Shown here piece by piece: positions 20,226-31,425 of a DNA stretch of 64,000 bases (within the stretch, counting starts at the first letter, position 1; each line of letters opens with the position of its first letter). The notes beneath the pieces were generated by a model. That model was given only the letters and a program-made list of their open reading frames with translations. It made no database searches and was not told where the DNA came from. Both the position numbers and the translations under genes were made by a program. Source of the stretch: Parcubacteria bacterium C7867-001 (GTDB lineage Bacteria > Patescibacteriota > Minisyncoccia > Phycocordibacterales > Phycocordibacteraceae); the NCBI GenBank assembly GCA_001189095.1, contig LFCK01000001.1, positions 20,133 through 84,132 of the forward strand, given 5' to 3'.

Positions 20226-21470
20226 CTAGCGCCACGCGCGTTCAACACCCGTCGCAACGTCATAAATGGAGCGGATGAGCCAGAACGGAGCGATGAGTCC
20301 GTATACGAACACATAGCCGATGATGCCGATCACAAGACCAGAGTCGGTATTCGATACTCTACGACCGACCATCATGAAGAATATTGAAATGGTCGTGACT
20401 ACGAATCCGATGACGGTCACGAACGAAAGGGCTGCATAGAACCACTCGATGGAGAATCGCGGCATGAGGCTGTAGGAAAGCGGAACTCCAGCGGAGAGCG
20501 AGAAGACGTGGACGATTTCGCGGATGATCATGAAGAAGGCGATACCGAACAGGGAGACGCCGCCCAAGACGGCAACGAAGCCGAGTGGGAGCACCATGAG
20601 GCCAAGCACGCCGTATTTAGGGTTGCCCACGAGCCCGCGGTAGTCAGTAAGCACGTTTCGAAGGAAGCCGGTGGTCCAGCGCGTGCGCTGCTTGATGAGT
20701 TTCGGAACGGTTTTCGGAACTTTCGTGTAGACGCGTGCGCGAACGGCGTTATCTATTTCATAGCCAGCTTTCTGGATGCGCAGCGCCATTTCCATGTCTT
20801 CTGCTTGATACGCATGACGGAACCCGCCGATCTCGTTAAGCACCGACTTGCGATAGAAGGAGAAGGGGCCCGGAGTCACGTAAATCCCGTTCACGGCCGA
20901 GAGTGTATGGCGGAGTGCGATACCGAAGATATATTCCGCATTCTGCATGCGTTCAAGAAGCGATTTTGGTTCGAAGACCGACATTGCAGGGGTAACCGAG
21001 GCGACACGCGGATCCTCGAATGAAGCGATTATTTCGCGTAGTGCATCGGTCGCTACAAACGAGTCGGCATCAAGGCAGCCGATAAATTCAGCATCGCCGG
21101 CAGATTCGATGCCGATATTAATCGCGGAATGTTTTCCGCCGTTCGCTTTGTGAATCACGGTGATCTGCGGGTTCCCGACGTACGCGTCCATGACCGCTTT
21201 GGTGTTGTCGGTCGAGCCGTCGTTTACGAGAACTATCTTGAGCTTGTCTTTTGGATAGTCGAGGGCGAGCAGGGAGCGCACCGTGCCGTCAATCGTCGTT
21301 TCTTCGTTCCAGCAGGGCACGATAATGGCGACGTTTGGGGTCTCAGTCGAGACTGCGCGATAGCGACGCCGTCGCGCTGGATCTGAGAGAAAGGTAAGGA
21401 GCATGAAGACCTCGAAATAGAGGCCTAAGAAAATGAAAGGATACGCGAAATAGGTCGCGGAGAAGTCCAT
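20226..21470 (-). CDS. Processive GT2 glycosyltransferase (IcaA/PgaC/cellulose-synthase-like)
   Basis: VPCWNEE, VNDGSTD, GGKHSA, LDADS, AEDME, QRTRW plus TMs. Confidence 0.9.
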   Translation of the reverse strand: MDFSATYFAYPFIFLGLYFEVFMLLTFLSDPARRRRYRAVSTETPNVAIIVPCWNEETTIDGTVRSLLALDYPKDKLKIVLVNDGSTDNTKAVMDAYVGNPQITVIHKANGGKHSAINIGIESAGDAEFIGCLDADSFVATDALREIIASFEDPRVASVTPAMSVFEPKSLLERMQNAEYIFGIALRHTLSAVNGIYVTPGPFSFYRKSVLNEIGGFRHAYQAEDMEMALRIQKAGYEIDNAVRARVYTKVPKTVPKLIKQRTRWTTGFLRNVLTDYRGLVGNPKYGVLGLMVLPLGFVAVLGGVSLFGIAFFMIIREIVHVFSLSAGVPLSYSLMPRFSIEWFYAALSFVTVIGFVVTTISIFFMMVGRRVSNTDSGLVIGIIGYVFVYGLIAPFWLIRSIYDVATGVERAWR

Positions 21471-21519
21471 ACCCGAAGACACTCAAAGTATAGCAAACTC
21501 GCCCCTTCTTCTCTATGTG

Positions 21520-22674
21520 CTAGCGGATGGTCGCGTTGTATTCGTTCGTGGTGGTTTCCTCCAGCTTTTTGTGGAGCGCATCAATTTCTTCGTTCGTAAG
21601 CGTGCGATCGAGGGAACGGTAGGTGATGCGGTAGGCGTAGCTCATCTTGTCTGCGCCGAATTTCTCATCGTTTTCGTATTTATCGAGAAGCGAAACATCT
21701 TCCACAAGATCCCCCGCCACTTCGCGCGCGAGATCGAAGAAGTTATTCGGGACGAAATCCTTTCCGACAATGAAGGAGATATCGCGGACGATAGGAGGGA
21801 ACTTGCTCACTTCCTTGAACTCCGTTCCGAGAACAAGCTGCTTCTTCACACGTTCGTCGTCCGACCAAAGAAGGCGGATGTCCGGAAGAGACATGGAGGT
21901 AATAGCGAGTCGTTCGAGACCGAATCCGAACGCCCAGCCGTGATAGCCGGTGACGCCCATCTTCTCGAGCACGGATTTCTTTGGCATGCCGCTGCCAAGA
22001 ATCTCAAGCCACTTTCCCTTTGCTGGGCCTTCGGCCGCCGTGCCCTCGACGTCGAGTTCAACTTCAAACGACGGATCGGTGTAGGGGAACGTGTCGGTGT
22101 TAATCCGAAATTTCTGCTCCGGGCCGAATACAGCATGCACAATATCCCCGAGCACTTTCTTGAGGTCGTCGGGTTCGACAGGCATTGAATCAGGTGCGAT
22201 GTACCAACCTCCGAACTGATGGAAGACGTTCATGTGACGGCTATCGATTTCGTCCTTGCGGTAGACCTTGCCGAAGCAGAGTGCGCCCATCGCTTCGCCC
22301 TTTGCAATTCGTTCTTTGATGGCAGGATCGTTGAGGTAGTAGTACCAGAATACGGTGTCGTGGGTACGCAGAATGTTCTTTTCGTCAGCGTAGTATGTGT
22401 CCGAGGTAGAACGAGCGGGGTGGTCGGCAGGGAAGTCGAAGAGATCGAAGGAAATGTTGGCCGGAACGATTTCTGGGATTTCAATAATATCGAATCCAGA
22501 CAAGGCCGGCACCTTCTTCACGCGCTCGACGATTTCGTGGAGCGGGCTTCCTTGTGTGCGGGAAAGGTCGGGCATCGAAAGGTAGCGCTTCATGCGGAGC
22601 GCCTCGAAATCCGAGCGGGACTCAAGCTCTCCCCGCAATCGCGTTTCGTCGCTTCGATCGATTTTTATATCCAT
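21520..22674 (-). CDS. pheS: Single-chain (mitochondrial-type) phenylalanine--tRNA ligase
   Basis: FDLFDFPADHPARSTSDTYY, LRTH, YRKDEIDSRH...FHQ, FPYTDPSFE, WAFGFGLERLA, C-terminal FDX-ACB (RDISF...YRSLDRTLT). Confidence 0.92.
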   Translation of the reverse strand: MDIKIDRSDETRLRGELESRSDFEALRMKRYLSMPDLSRTQGSPLHEIVERVKKVPALSGFDIIEIPEIVPANISFDLFDFPADHPARSTSDTYYADEKNILRTHDTVFWYYYLNDPAIKERIAKGEAMGALCFGKVYRKDEIDSRHMNVFHQFGGWYIAPDSMPVEPDDLKKVLGDIVHAVFGPEQKFRINTDTFPYTDPSFEVELDVEGTAAEGPAKGKWLEILGSGMPKKSVLEKMGVTGYHGWAFGFGLERLAITSMSLPDIRLLWSDDERVKKQLVLGTEFKEVSKFPPIVRDISFIVGKDFVPNNFFDLAREVAGDLVEDVSLLDKYENDEKFGADKMSYAYRITYRSLDRTLTNEEIDALHKKLEETTTNEYNATIR

Positions 22675-22700
22675 ATCTAGGGAGTTTACGACTCACGTAT

Positions 22701-22733
22701 ATAAAAACAAGCCGCTCGGGGTTACCGAGCGGC
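22701..22733 (-). terminator. Terminator, copy 1 of AAAAACAAGCCGCTCG..CGAGCGGC
   Basis: GC stem with T-rich tail on the minus strand. Confidence 0.65.
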
Positions 22734-22740
22734 TGATGGT

Positions 22741-23007
22741 TTAGATAGGAATATGTAGGTGCCGGAAGAGCCAAGGTTTGAAAACGTTCCAGATGAACCA
22801 GAACATCGCGAGGCAGAGGGCTCCGATTCCGACGAGGCCAAGACCGATGAGTGCGGTCAGCCATCCTTTGGATCCGAAGCCGTTATAGATGAATCCTTCA
22901 ACGATGGCTAGCACGCCCATGAGGGCCGTGATAACGCCGGTGAAGTATCCGAGATACATGCATATTCTGGTCGGATCGTCCCACAGTTCCTTAAGAATCT
23001 TTTTCAT
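22741..23007 (-). CDS. Small 2-TM orphan protein
   Basis: SD AAAGGAG, two hydrophobic helices. Confidence 0.65.
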   Translation of the reverse strand: MKKILKELWDDPTRICMYLGYFTGVITALMGVLAIVEGFIYNGFGSKGWLTALIGLGLVGIGALCLAMFWFIWNVFKPWLFRHLHIPI

Positions 23008-23047
23008 GCAGAACTCCTTTCTGAACGAACCTTACTTCTGTCATTTA

Positions 23048-23079
23048 TAAAAAACAAGCCGCTCGCGTGAGCGAGCGGC
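23048..23079 (-). terminator. Terminator, copy 2 of AAAAACAAGCCGCTCG..CGAGCGGC
   Basis: Near-identical to 22701-22733 except the loop. Confidence 0.65.
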
Positions 23080-23104
23080 CGTTTTGGGGCAGGGCAGTAA
23101 ATCT

Positions 23105-23290
23105 CTACGCGCGGCGCTTTTGGCGCACACGCGGCGCTTGCCGGTCGGCGAAGCGCAGATCGGTGACGCGAACGTCGCCGAGCGGACCGGTTTTCCGGTC
23201 GAGGTCATCGATGAAGCGATTCACGTCCACAACCTCCCCGCGAGGGGAGAAGGACGCGTCACTGCCAATGTCATAGAAAGAACGGGACAT
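23105..23290 (-). CDS. Small orphan protein
   Basis: SD GGAG; upstream TTGACA-16-TATATT (23364-23337); downstream terminator. Confidence 0.5.
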   Translation of the reverse strand: MSRSFYDIGSDASFSPRGEVVDVNRFIDDLDRKTGPLGDVRVTDLRFADRQAPRVRQKRRA

Positions 23291-23447
23291 ATTGATCTCC
23301 GTGACACGGCTCGGCCCTCCGAACCGTGATACATGTAATATACAGTTTACGCATACTTTGTCAAGTTATTTGAAATCTTGGTGGGGTTGGGTAGAAACAG
23401 AAGTCGCCCGCGCATGGGAATGCGCGGGCGACGCTCGTCGAGCGAGC

Positions 23448-23672
23448 TTAGAGAAGGCTGGGAACGTGCCGAGACGTCAGCGGTTCGATGCCGAATTGCG
23501 CGGCTTCGAGCGGACGGGTCTGGGTTTCGAAAACTCCGTTGGGCAGAATGCGATGCCCGTAGGTTTCGAACCAGACCCAGTGCGGCTTGCCGTCTCGGCG
23601 GGTTCCAACCTTGGTGGGGAAAAACGCATAGCGCGGTTCCCACTCGTACAGGTCTTTTTCGGCTTGCGCCAT
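23448..23672 (-). CDS. Small Trp-rich orphan protein
   Basis: SD AAAGGGA; consensus promoter upstream; hairpin 23403-23432 downstream. Confidence 0.55.
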   Translation of the reverse strand: MAQAEKDLYEWEPRYAFFPTKVGTRRDGKPHWVWFETYGHRILPNGVFETQTRPLEAAQFGIEPLTSRHVPSLL

Positions 23673-23702
23673 AGTCAGTCCCTTTCTCTGTTTCTAAGAT
23701 TA

Positions 23703-23731
23703 ATTATACACCATACAGGCATATATGTCAA
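23703..23731 (-). promoter_or_regulatory. Consensus sigma70 promoter
   Basis: TTGACA-17bp-TATAAT on the minus strand. Confidence 0.8.
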
Positions 23732-23790
23732 TATTTCGGGGGCTTCGGGGATACCCGAAGAGGCAATCATTTATGATATAATTTCAGTAA

Positions 23791-25896
<2,106 letters not shown>

Positions 25897-25906
25897 ACAA
25901 GTAAAA

Positions 25907-25940
25907 AGAAAACGCCCCCGCGAATGCGGGGCCGTTTTCT
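25907..25940. terminator. Bidirectional terminator between convergent genes
   Basis: AAAACG-CCCCGC/GCGGGG-CGTTTT. Confidence 0.65.
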
Positions 25941-25949
25941 TGAGTGAGA

Positions 25950-26714
25950 TTAGAGAATCTCGATTGCGATAGAACCGCTGTTGTTGTTCTCGCTCGTCTC
26001 GACGATCTTCTTATCAGGATCGATAGAGATGTCGATGGTGCGCGTGCCAGTGCGGCCGCGATCGAAGCCGAGGGTGAAGTCGATGTGCTCACCCGGAAGA
26101 AGTGCCGCCTGCGTCGGGGACGAGAAGGTGTAGCTCGGGGAAGTCGGGAGCGTTGCGTCGAAATCCCAGCCACCAGTGGTGTTGGTACCGACGTTCGTCA
26201 CCGTGAAGCGAACCGCGCCGCGCTTACCGTCTGGAACGGTCTTTGAAGCGACGAAGGAGGTAGTGTCAGTCTGGTTTGCGAGGTAACCGACTGCAACGAT
26301 GTTTACTGAAAGGTCAGAGAGACCATAGAGCGTACCCTGTTGCGGAACGGCAGTACCGCCACCAACCACATACGTGCCGGTCGTGCGGGGGCCAGCAGAC
26401 GGGGTTACCGCTGCCGGAGTTCCACCAGTCGACGGGGTAGTCGGAGTTGTATCAGTCGACGTTGCGACAACCGAAGAACCCTCGTCATCCTTCGACGGAA
26501 CGACCGTAAGTTCGTTCGTCGACGCCGGAGAAAAGACCGATGAGAAATAAACGCTTGCCGTTGCAAGGCGAGTAACCGCCTGCGGGATATAGCGTGCCGA
26601 ATAAATCGCAAGCGTCATGCCTGCGAAAATTAGTGCCACGAAACCGACAACGGCAAGACCGTTGACCATCGCGCGGCGCGTTCCCTGTGAAGTATTCATC
26701 GTTTCCATACGCAT
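25950..26714 (-). CDS. Membrane-anchored protein with Thr-rich linker and C-terminal CARDB-like domain
   Basis: TM; SDLSV...FTVTNVG...IDPDKKIVETSENNN. Confidence 0.78.
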   Translation of the reverse strand: MRMETMNTSQGTRRAMVNGLAVVGFVALIFAGMTLAIYSARYIPQAVTRLATASVYFSSVFSPASTNELTVVPSKDDEGSSVVATSTDTTPTTPSTGGTPAAVTPSAGPRTTGTYVVGGGTAVPQQGTLYGLSDLSVNIVAVGYLANQTDTTSFVASKTVPDGKRGAVRFTVTNVGTNTTGGWDFDATLPTSPSYTFSSPTQAALLPGEHIDFTLGFDRGRTGTRTIDISIDPDKKIVETSENNNSGSIAIEIL

Positions 26715-26863
26715 ATATATCTAGCACACCCTCGATTTGTTGTCAAGTGTCTGGATTCATGCTCGTATTCGCCGCTCGTTGTTGACAGAGCCCTACTCTT
26801 TCCGTTACGTTCGATAGTGGGCGGGGAAAAGCCTTCCCAATGGGGAACACATGGAGGCAATGA

Positions 26864-27271
26864 ATGACAGTACCAGTGAGTCTACGCAGCGAGGATCTTA
26901 CGGTTGCACTTGCGATCGCAGCGCTCCAAGCCTACGTACCTCATGAGGAAATTCGCCTCGGACGAGCGCAGGATGACATCCTGTTCTGGTCCGGTTTTTC
27001 AGAACGGTTCCTGAAGAAGATTGACCGCATCGAACACCTCGGCGTGCTTAAGCCGGACGGGGTTCTCGACGCGGACATCGAACGGGTCGTCTCGCTCTTG
27101 TGCGAAGGCGATCGGGAGTGGTCATCAGTGGTGACCATCTTCCATCGAACGAGTCATGCAAACCTGTTATGCGGTGCGCACCGGTTGGTGCGCACATTCG
27201 CGCTTTACGGGATTGTGCATGGCTGCCTCAAGGAAAAGCCTGAGGCCACGACGCTCCGCGCCGTCGCCTAA
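26864..27271 (+). CDS. Orphan hypothetical protein
   Basis: SD GGAGG, TTGACA upstream, hairpin 27287-27317 downstream. Confidence 0.55.
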   Translation: MTVPVSLRSEDLTVALAIAALQAYVPHEEIRLGRAQDDILFWSGFSERFLKKIDRIEHLGVLKPDGVLDADIERVVSLLCEGDREWSSVVTIFHRTSHANLLCGAHRLVRTFALYGIVHGCLKEKPEATTLRAVA

Positions 27272-27394
27272 GGGAAACCCAAAACCAAGCGCCACGCGAA
27301 AATCGCGTGGCGCTCTTGTTGTAGGCCGTATTCGGGCGTTTGACGTACCCCTTGACAAATGGCGGAATATAGTGTACTTATATGTAGGACCGAT

Positions 27395-28117
27395 ATGGCA
27401 TTGGTACACAAGGTGGCGGCAGCCGTTCGTGCCGCACAGGATACGTATGCAAGGAAGTGGACCTTCCTTGCGGCTTTTCTTGGTGTCTTCTTCGTCTCGT
27501 TCCTCATCCTGCAGGATCTCGGTTTCGTGCCGAATCCGCCGCAGATTGCGGAAGCGGGTACGAACGAACCGAAGGTAACGCTTGAAGCGTCGCCGCTTGT
27601 TGCGGCTCCGTCTTCAATGGCTCACCTCTCGGCGGATGTGTCGGATGCAGGGCTTTTCGGTCTTCATGCTGGCGAGCTTCCGGTCGCCATCGAGATTCCG
27701 ACCATCGGTCTTTCAGTGAAGGTGTCGAATCCGAATTCGACCGATGTCGGGAAGCTCGATGCGGCGCTTCTTACCGGAGCAGTCCGCTACCCGACGTCCG
27801 GCACGCTTGGCGTGAAGGGTAATGTCGTTATCTTCGCGCACTCGAGCTACCTTCCGGTCGTGAAGAATCCGGCGTTCAAGGCGTTCGATGATATTCAGAA
27901 GCTCGCACCGGGTGAGCGCATCACGGTATATTCAGGCACTCGTGCGTATACCTATGCAGTGACTCGTGTAGAAAAAGTGAAAGCCGACGATGCAGCTATT
28001 CCGCTTACGGTGAATGGCAGCAAGCTGACGCTCTCGACGTGTGACTCGTTTGGCACGAAGAGTGATCGCTTTGTCGTCACCGCAGATTTTGTTGAAAGCC
28101 ATACGCTCGCGAACTAA
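27395..28117 (+). CDS. Sortase
   Basis: N-terminal TM; GNVVIFAHSS (His), LTLSTC (Cys), DRFVV (Arg) triad. Confidence 0.9.
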   Translation: MALVHKVAAAVRAAQDTYARKWTFLAAFLGVFFVSFLILQDLGFVPNPPQIAEAGTNEPKVTLEASPLVAAPSSMAHLSADVSDAGLFGLHAGELPVAIEIPTIGLSVKVSNPNSTDVGKLDAALLTGAVRYPTSGTLGVKGNVVIFAHSSYLPVVKNPAFKAFDDIQKLAPGERITVYSGTRAYTYAVTRVEKVKADDAAIPLTVNGSKLTLSTCDSFGTKSDRFVVTADFVESHTLAN

Positions 28118-28208
28118 TCGCGCGCGGATGGCTTCCTGCAAAGGAGGCGCGGATTCCTAGTTCATTCACAACGTCGCGCATCACGCGCGACAAGAGGAGG
28201 GCATCCTA

Positions 28209-29351
28209 ATGCCAGAACGTCGTGAGACTCGCGACGGGATCGGGTTCTTCGGGTGGGCGGGTTTACTCGCACTCCTGTTGATTATTTTCGGAGGCGCGTT
28301 CCTGTATTGGGACACGCACCGGAACCCCAGCCTGTCGAATGATTCCGGCGCCGCGCCTTTTGCGGCTACGGAGGATACGAGTACTGAACCGGTGGAGGCG
28401 CGTGCGCCACCACCGGAAGAACCGGCTGCGGAAACCAAACCGCAGACCGACTCGCCGAAGCCGCGTAACACCGGCTTCTACTACGGTCTGAAGGATCCGA
28501 GCGAGCTCGCAAAGCTCGTCGAGGACAATCTTCGGAAGGATCCGACGGGGAAGACGATGATCAACCCCGAGAAATGCGCCAAGGACGGCTCATGCGCCAG
28601 TCCTCATGACTATCTCGTTATGTTCCAAGAGAACGACCCGGAAGCTGAGCTCACGTCAGTGGCCCAGCTCCCTGCGTTCCTGCGGAGCCTTGTCGCTCGG
28701 GACCCCGGTCCCGGCGAGTATCAGATGGCGTGCATCAGGATGCCGGCTCACACGCCGGACCTGCACTGCATGAAGCGTAAATTCCTGCCGGGCGAAAAGG
28801 TCTATGTCGACCCCAAGTCGAATAGGGCCATCTTTGCTTGGCACTGCACGAACCCCATCGATAAACCGGTGGAGCCACGGCAGTGCATGGAAATCATGGT
28901 GACCATCAAAGGCGAGCGTTCGATGAAGTTCGCGCACCTCGGCCCCGCCAAGGTGCAGGACTCGTGCCTTGCTTTGCGCAAGGTCGGAGTGGGAGTAATT
29001 CCGCTTCGCGAGTACGTCGGTGAGTGCGACTTCGACGCGGTTGCCGAGTTCTTCGGCGAACGCGTGCGCGAGGAGTACTGCGTTCCGGTAACACCCGGTA
29101 CGTACATTCTCACGGTCGCGGCGAAGCCTTACGGCGAGCCAAAGACCCGTCACTGGTGGGTGTTCTGTTGGTCGGATGAGGACGACGTGTCGTCGAACAC
29201 GATGCGCGTCCGAGACTTCGATTACATCGGCAACGATGTGCGTCGCGCGACGATTTACAACTCGCGCGATGAAATGGAAGACAAGACCTATCCCAAGAGC
29301 GTTTCGCACTTGTGGATTCCGTGGAGCGAAGAGCCCGGCACGGACCGCTAA
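28209..29351 (+). CDS. Membrane-anchored Cys-rich extracellular orphan protein
   Basis: SD GAGGAGG, N-terminal TM, Pro/Glu linker, ~10 Cys. Confidence 0.7.
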   Translation: MPERRETRDGIGFFGWAGLLALLLIIFGGAFLYWDTHRNPSLSNDSGAAPFAATEDTSTEPVEARAPPPEEPAAETKPQTDSPKPRNTGFYYGLKDPSELAKLVEDNLRKDPTGKTMINPEKCAKDGSCASPHDYLVMFQENDPEAELTSVAQLPAFLRSLVARDPGPGEYQMACIRMPAHTPDLHCMKRKFLPGEKVYVDPKSNRAIFAWHCTNPIDKPVEPRQCMEIMVTIKGERSMKFAHLGPAKVQDSCLALRKVGVGVIPLREYVGECDFDAVAEFFGERVREEYCVPVTPGTYILTVAAKPYGEPKTRHWWVFCWSDEDDVSSNTMRVRDFDYIGNDVRRATIYNSRDEMEDKTYPKSVSHLWIPWSEEPGTDR

Positions 29352-29464
29352 GGGAATGGACGGCACGCTTCGCGTGCCGTCCTGAACCTCCTCTTTTTTG
29401 TACGCCCGCAAGGGCAGGGGCTTATTTATTACCTGTTTATCAATTGAACGAAACAACAACACGT

Positions 29465-31381
29465 ATGGTGTACTTCACCGAACAGATCGCATATGTGAAA
29501 TCGCGACCGATTGCCGTCGGTATTTTCGCCGTGCTTGCTGCCGTCTCGATCGGCATGACCGTCGCTGTCGCGACTGGCATGACGCTTCCGACGAAAGCGT
29601 TCGCGGACGTTGGTCCTCCCTGCTGCACGGAGCCGCCTCCTCCGCCCCCGCCTCCTCCACCACCCCCACCGCCTCCGTCGAGCTGTGATTCACTCACGGC
29701 GTCGGCAACGGAAATTAATTCAGGCGATGCGGTTACCCTTACGTGGCACACCACCAACGCCGACTCGGTCACTATCGATCAGGGTGTTGGTTCGGTGACA
29801 CCAGTCGGTTCAGGTTCGGTTGTCGTACATCCGACTGCGGATACGACGTACTCGGCTACCGTTACGGGTCCTGGCATCGTCAGCGAGCCGTGCCATGTTG
29901 AAGTAAAGATAAAGACCATCACTAACTCGGCGCAGTGCGTGTCGTTTGCGGCAAGCGCGTCGAACATCACGGCTGGTCAGGCAGTCACGCTTTCGTGGCA
30001 GACCCTTAATGCAACGGGAGTTACCATCGACAACGGTGTCGGTGCGGTAACGCCGATTGCGTCCGGTTCCACTGTCGTGCATCCGACCGCGAACACGACC
30101 TATACCGCAACGGTTGCAGGTGCAACCGGTAACGTGACGTGTGCCGCTTCGGTCCACATCACGACTATTACAACCGGTCCGTCTTGCGTCGCTCTTACAG
30201 CGAACAAGACCACGATTAGTTCTGGCGAAGCAGTCGTTCTCTCGTGGCAGACGCTTAATGCCACCTCGACCTCAATCGATCAGGGCATTGGTTCGGTTAC
30301 TCCAGTCGGTTCAGGTTCCGTAACGGTGAACCCAACCTCTGATACGACCTACACCATGACCACTGCGGGCGCTCCGGCGAACGACAGCTGTAAGGTGACG
30401 GTTCGCATTCAGACGAGTTCCTGCGTCGGCTCGTGCTGCACAGGCAGCTGCGGTGGCGGCGGTAATCCGAAGCCGAAGGTCATCCTTGGCGTCGCAACCT
30501 CTTCGCCGCTTGCCTTCGTGTATCTCTCGCAGGTTCCGTACACCGGTCTTGATCTCGGTCCGCTCGGTACCTTCATGTACTGGCTCGTGCTCATCCTCTG
30601 GAGCGCAGCAGCTGCGTACCTTGTGCTCTTCACGGCAGCCCCATTCGCTGCTCGTCGTCTCCGTTCGTTCGGGGAAGATGTGCGCGATGTTCTCAATGGA
30701 AATGAATCGGTCTCAACTGCGCCGGTCATGCAGGCATCGGCGGGGGATCATTCAGGTGGACATAATCTTATGCCGCACGCTCCAGTTCCAGTTCACCGTG
30801 CTCCAGAAGCATCGAGCACGTTCTCGAACTTCCACGGCTTCCGCTCGTTTGCGCAGGGCACTGAGCTTACGATCGATGATCTCGTGAAGGGACTCGCTCG
30901 CGAACACGCAGTACATGCTGCTCCAGTTGCGCATATCGAGGATCCGAAAGAAGATGCGTACGCGTTCTCGTCTGAACGAAATGTCGAGCCTATCGCCCCG
31001 CATCTTCCGACTGAAATAGGGAAGATTGAACCGATCATGGACGTATTCGCACACGCAATCGAAGTTCGTGGATTCATTTCCGCGCTCGTCGAGAAGGACA
31101 AGGAGGCGCTCTTCGGCGCACTTCGCCAAATCGTTCGCGGCGGCGGTAGCGTTGAGCACTTCCTTACGCAGGTCGCGCACGCACTCGATGATGTCTTCCG
31201 CTCGCGCATCGACGGTACGCCGGCAGATCCCGAGATGGTTCGCATCTGTGTGAACTGCGACACGCCGGTTCTTGAGCAGCTCGTCGGTCACTTTGCGACG
31301 GCAATCGACTCAAGCTACTCGACCGATGTCACGGCAGGTAAGATGGCGGTCACTCGCGCACTTACGACGCTCGAAGCGTAA
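29465..31381 (+). CDS. Surface protein: signal peptide, Pro15, three Ig-like repeats, VPYTG + TM, long cytoplasmic tail
   Basis: AFA signal cleavage site; 3x (C..LTA...I..G.AVTL.W.T.NA...TID.GVG.VTP..SGS.VVHPT..TTY); VPYTG at 30533-30547. Confidence 0.82.
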   Translation: MVYFTEQIAYVKSRPIAVGIFAVLAAVSIGMTVAVATGMTLPTKAFADVGPPCCTEPPPPPPPPPPPPPPPSSCDSLTASATEINSGDAVTLTWHTTNADSVTIDQGVGSVTPVGSGSVVVHPTADTTYSATVTGPGIVSEPCHVEVKIKTITNSAQCVSFAASASNITAGQAVTLSWQTLNATGVTIDNGVGAVTPIASGSTVVHPTANTTYTATVAGATGNVTCAASVHITTITTGPSCVALTANKTTISSGEAVVLSWQTLNATSTSIDQGIGSVTPVGSGSVTVNPTSDTTYTMTTAGAPANDSCKVTVRIQTSSCVGSCCTGSCGGGGNPKPKVILGVATSSPLAFVYLSQVPYTGLDLGPLGTFMYWLVLILWSAAAAYLVLFTAAPFAARRLRSFGEDVRDVLNGNESVSTAPVMQASAGDHSGGHNLMPHAPVPVHRAPEASSTFSNFHGFRSFAQGTELTIDDLVKGLAREHAVHAAPVAHIEDPKEDAYAFSSERNVEPIAPHLPTEIGKIEPIMDVFAHAIEVRGFISALVEKDKEALFGALRQIVRGGGSVEHFLTQVAHALDDVFRSRIDGTPADPEMVRICVNCDTPVLEQLVGHFATAIDSSYSTDVTAGKMAVTRALTTLEA

Positions 31382-31398
31382 TATCTCTTACTAAAGAA

Positions 31399-31425
31399 AA
31401 CGGCCCGCCATAGGCGGGCCGTTTT
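31399..31425. terminator. Bidirectional terminator / REP-like hairpin
   Basis: AACGGCCCGCC-ATA-GGCGGGCCGTTTT. Confidence 0.7.

Noticed and set aside
29774-30321. DNA-level repeats in the surface protein as a DGR template/variable pair
   Set aside because: They are in-frame Ig-domain repeats with mixed, mostly synonymous differences rather than adenine-specific ones, and no RT is nearby.
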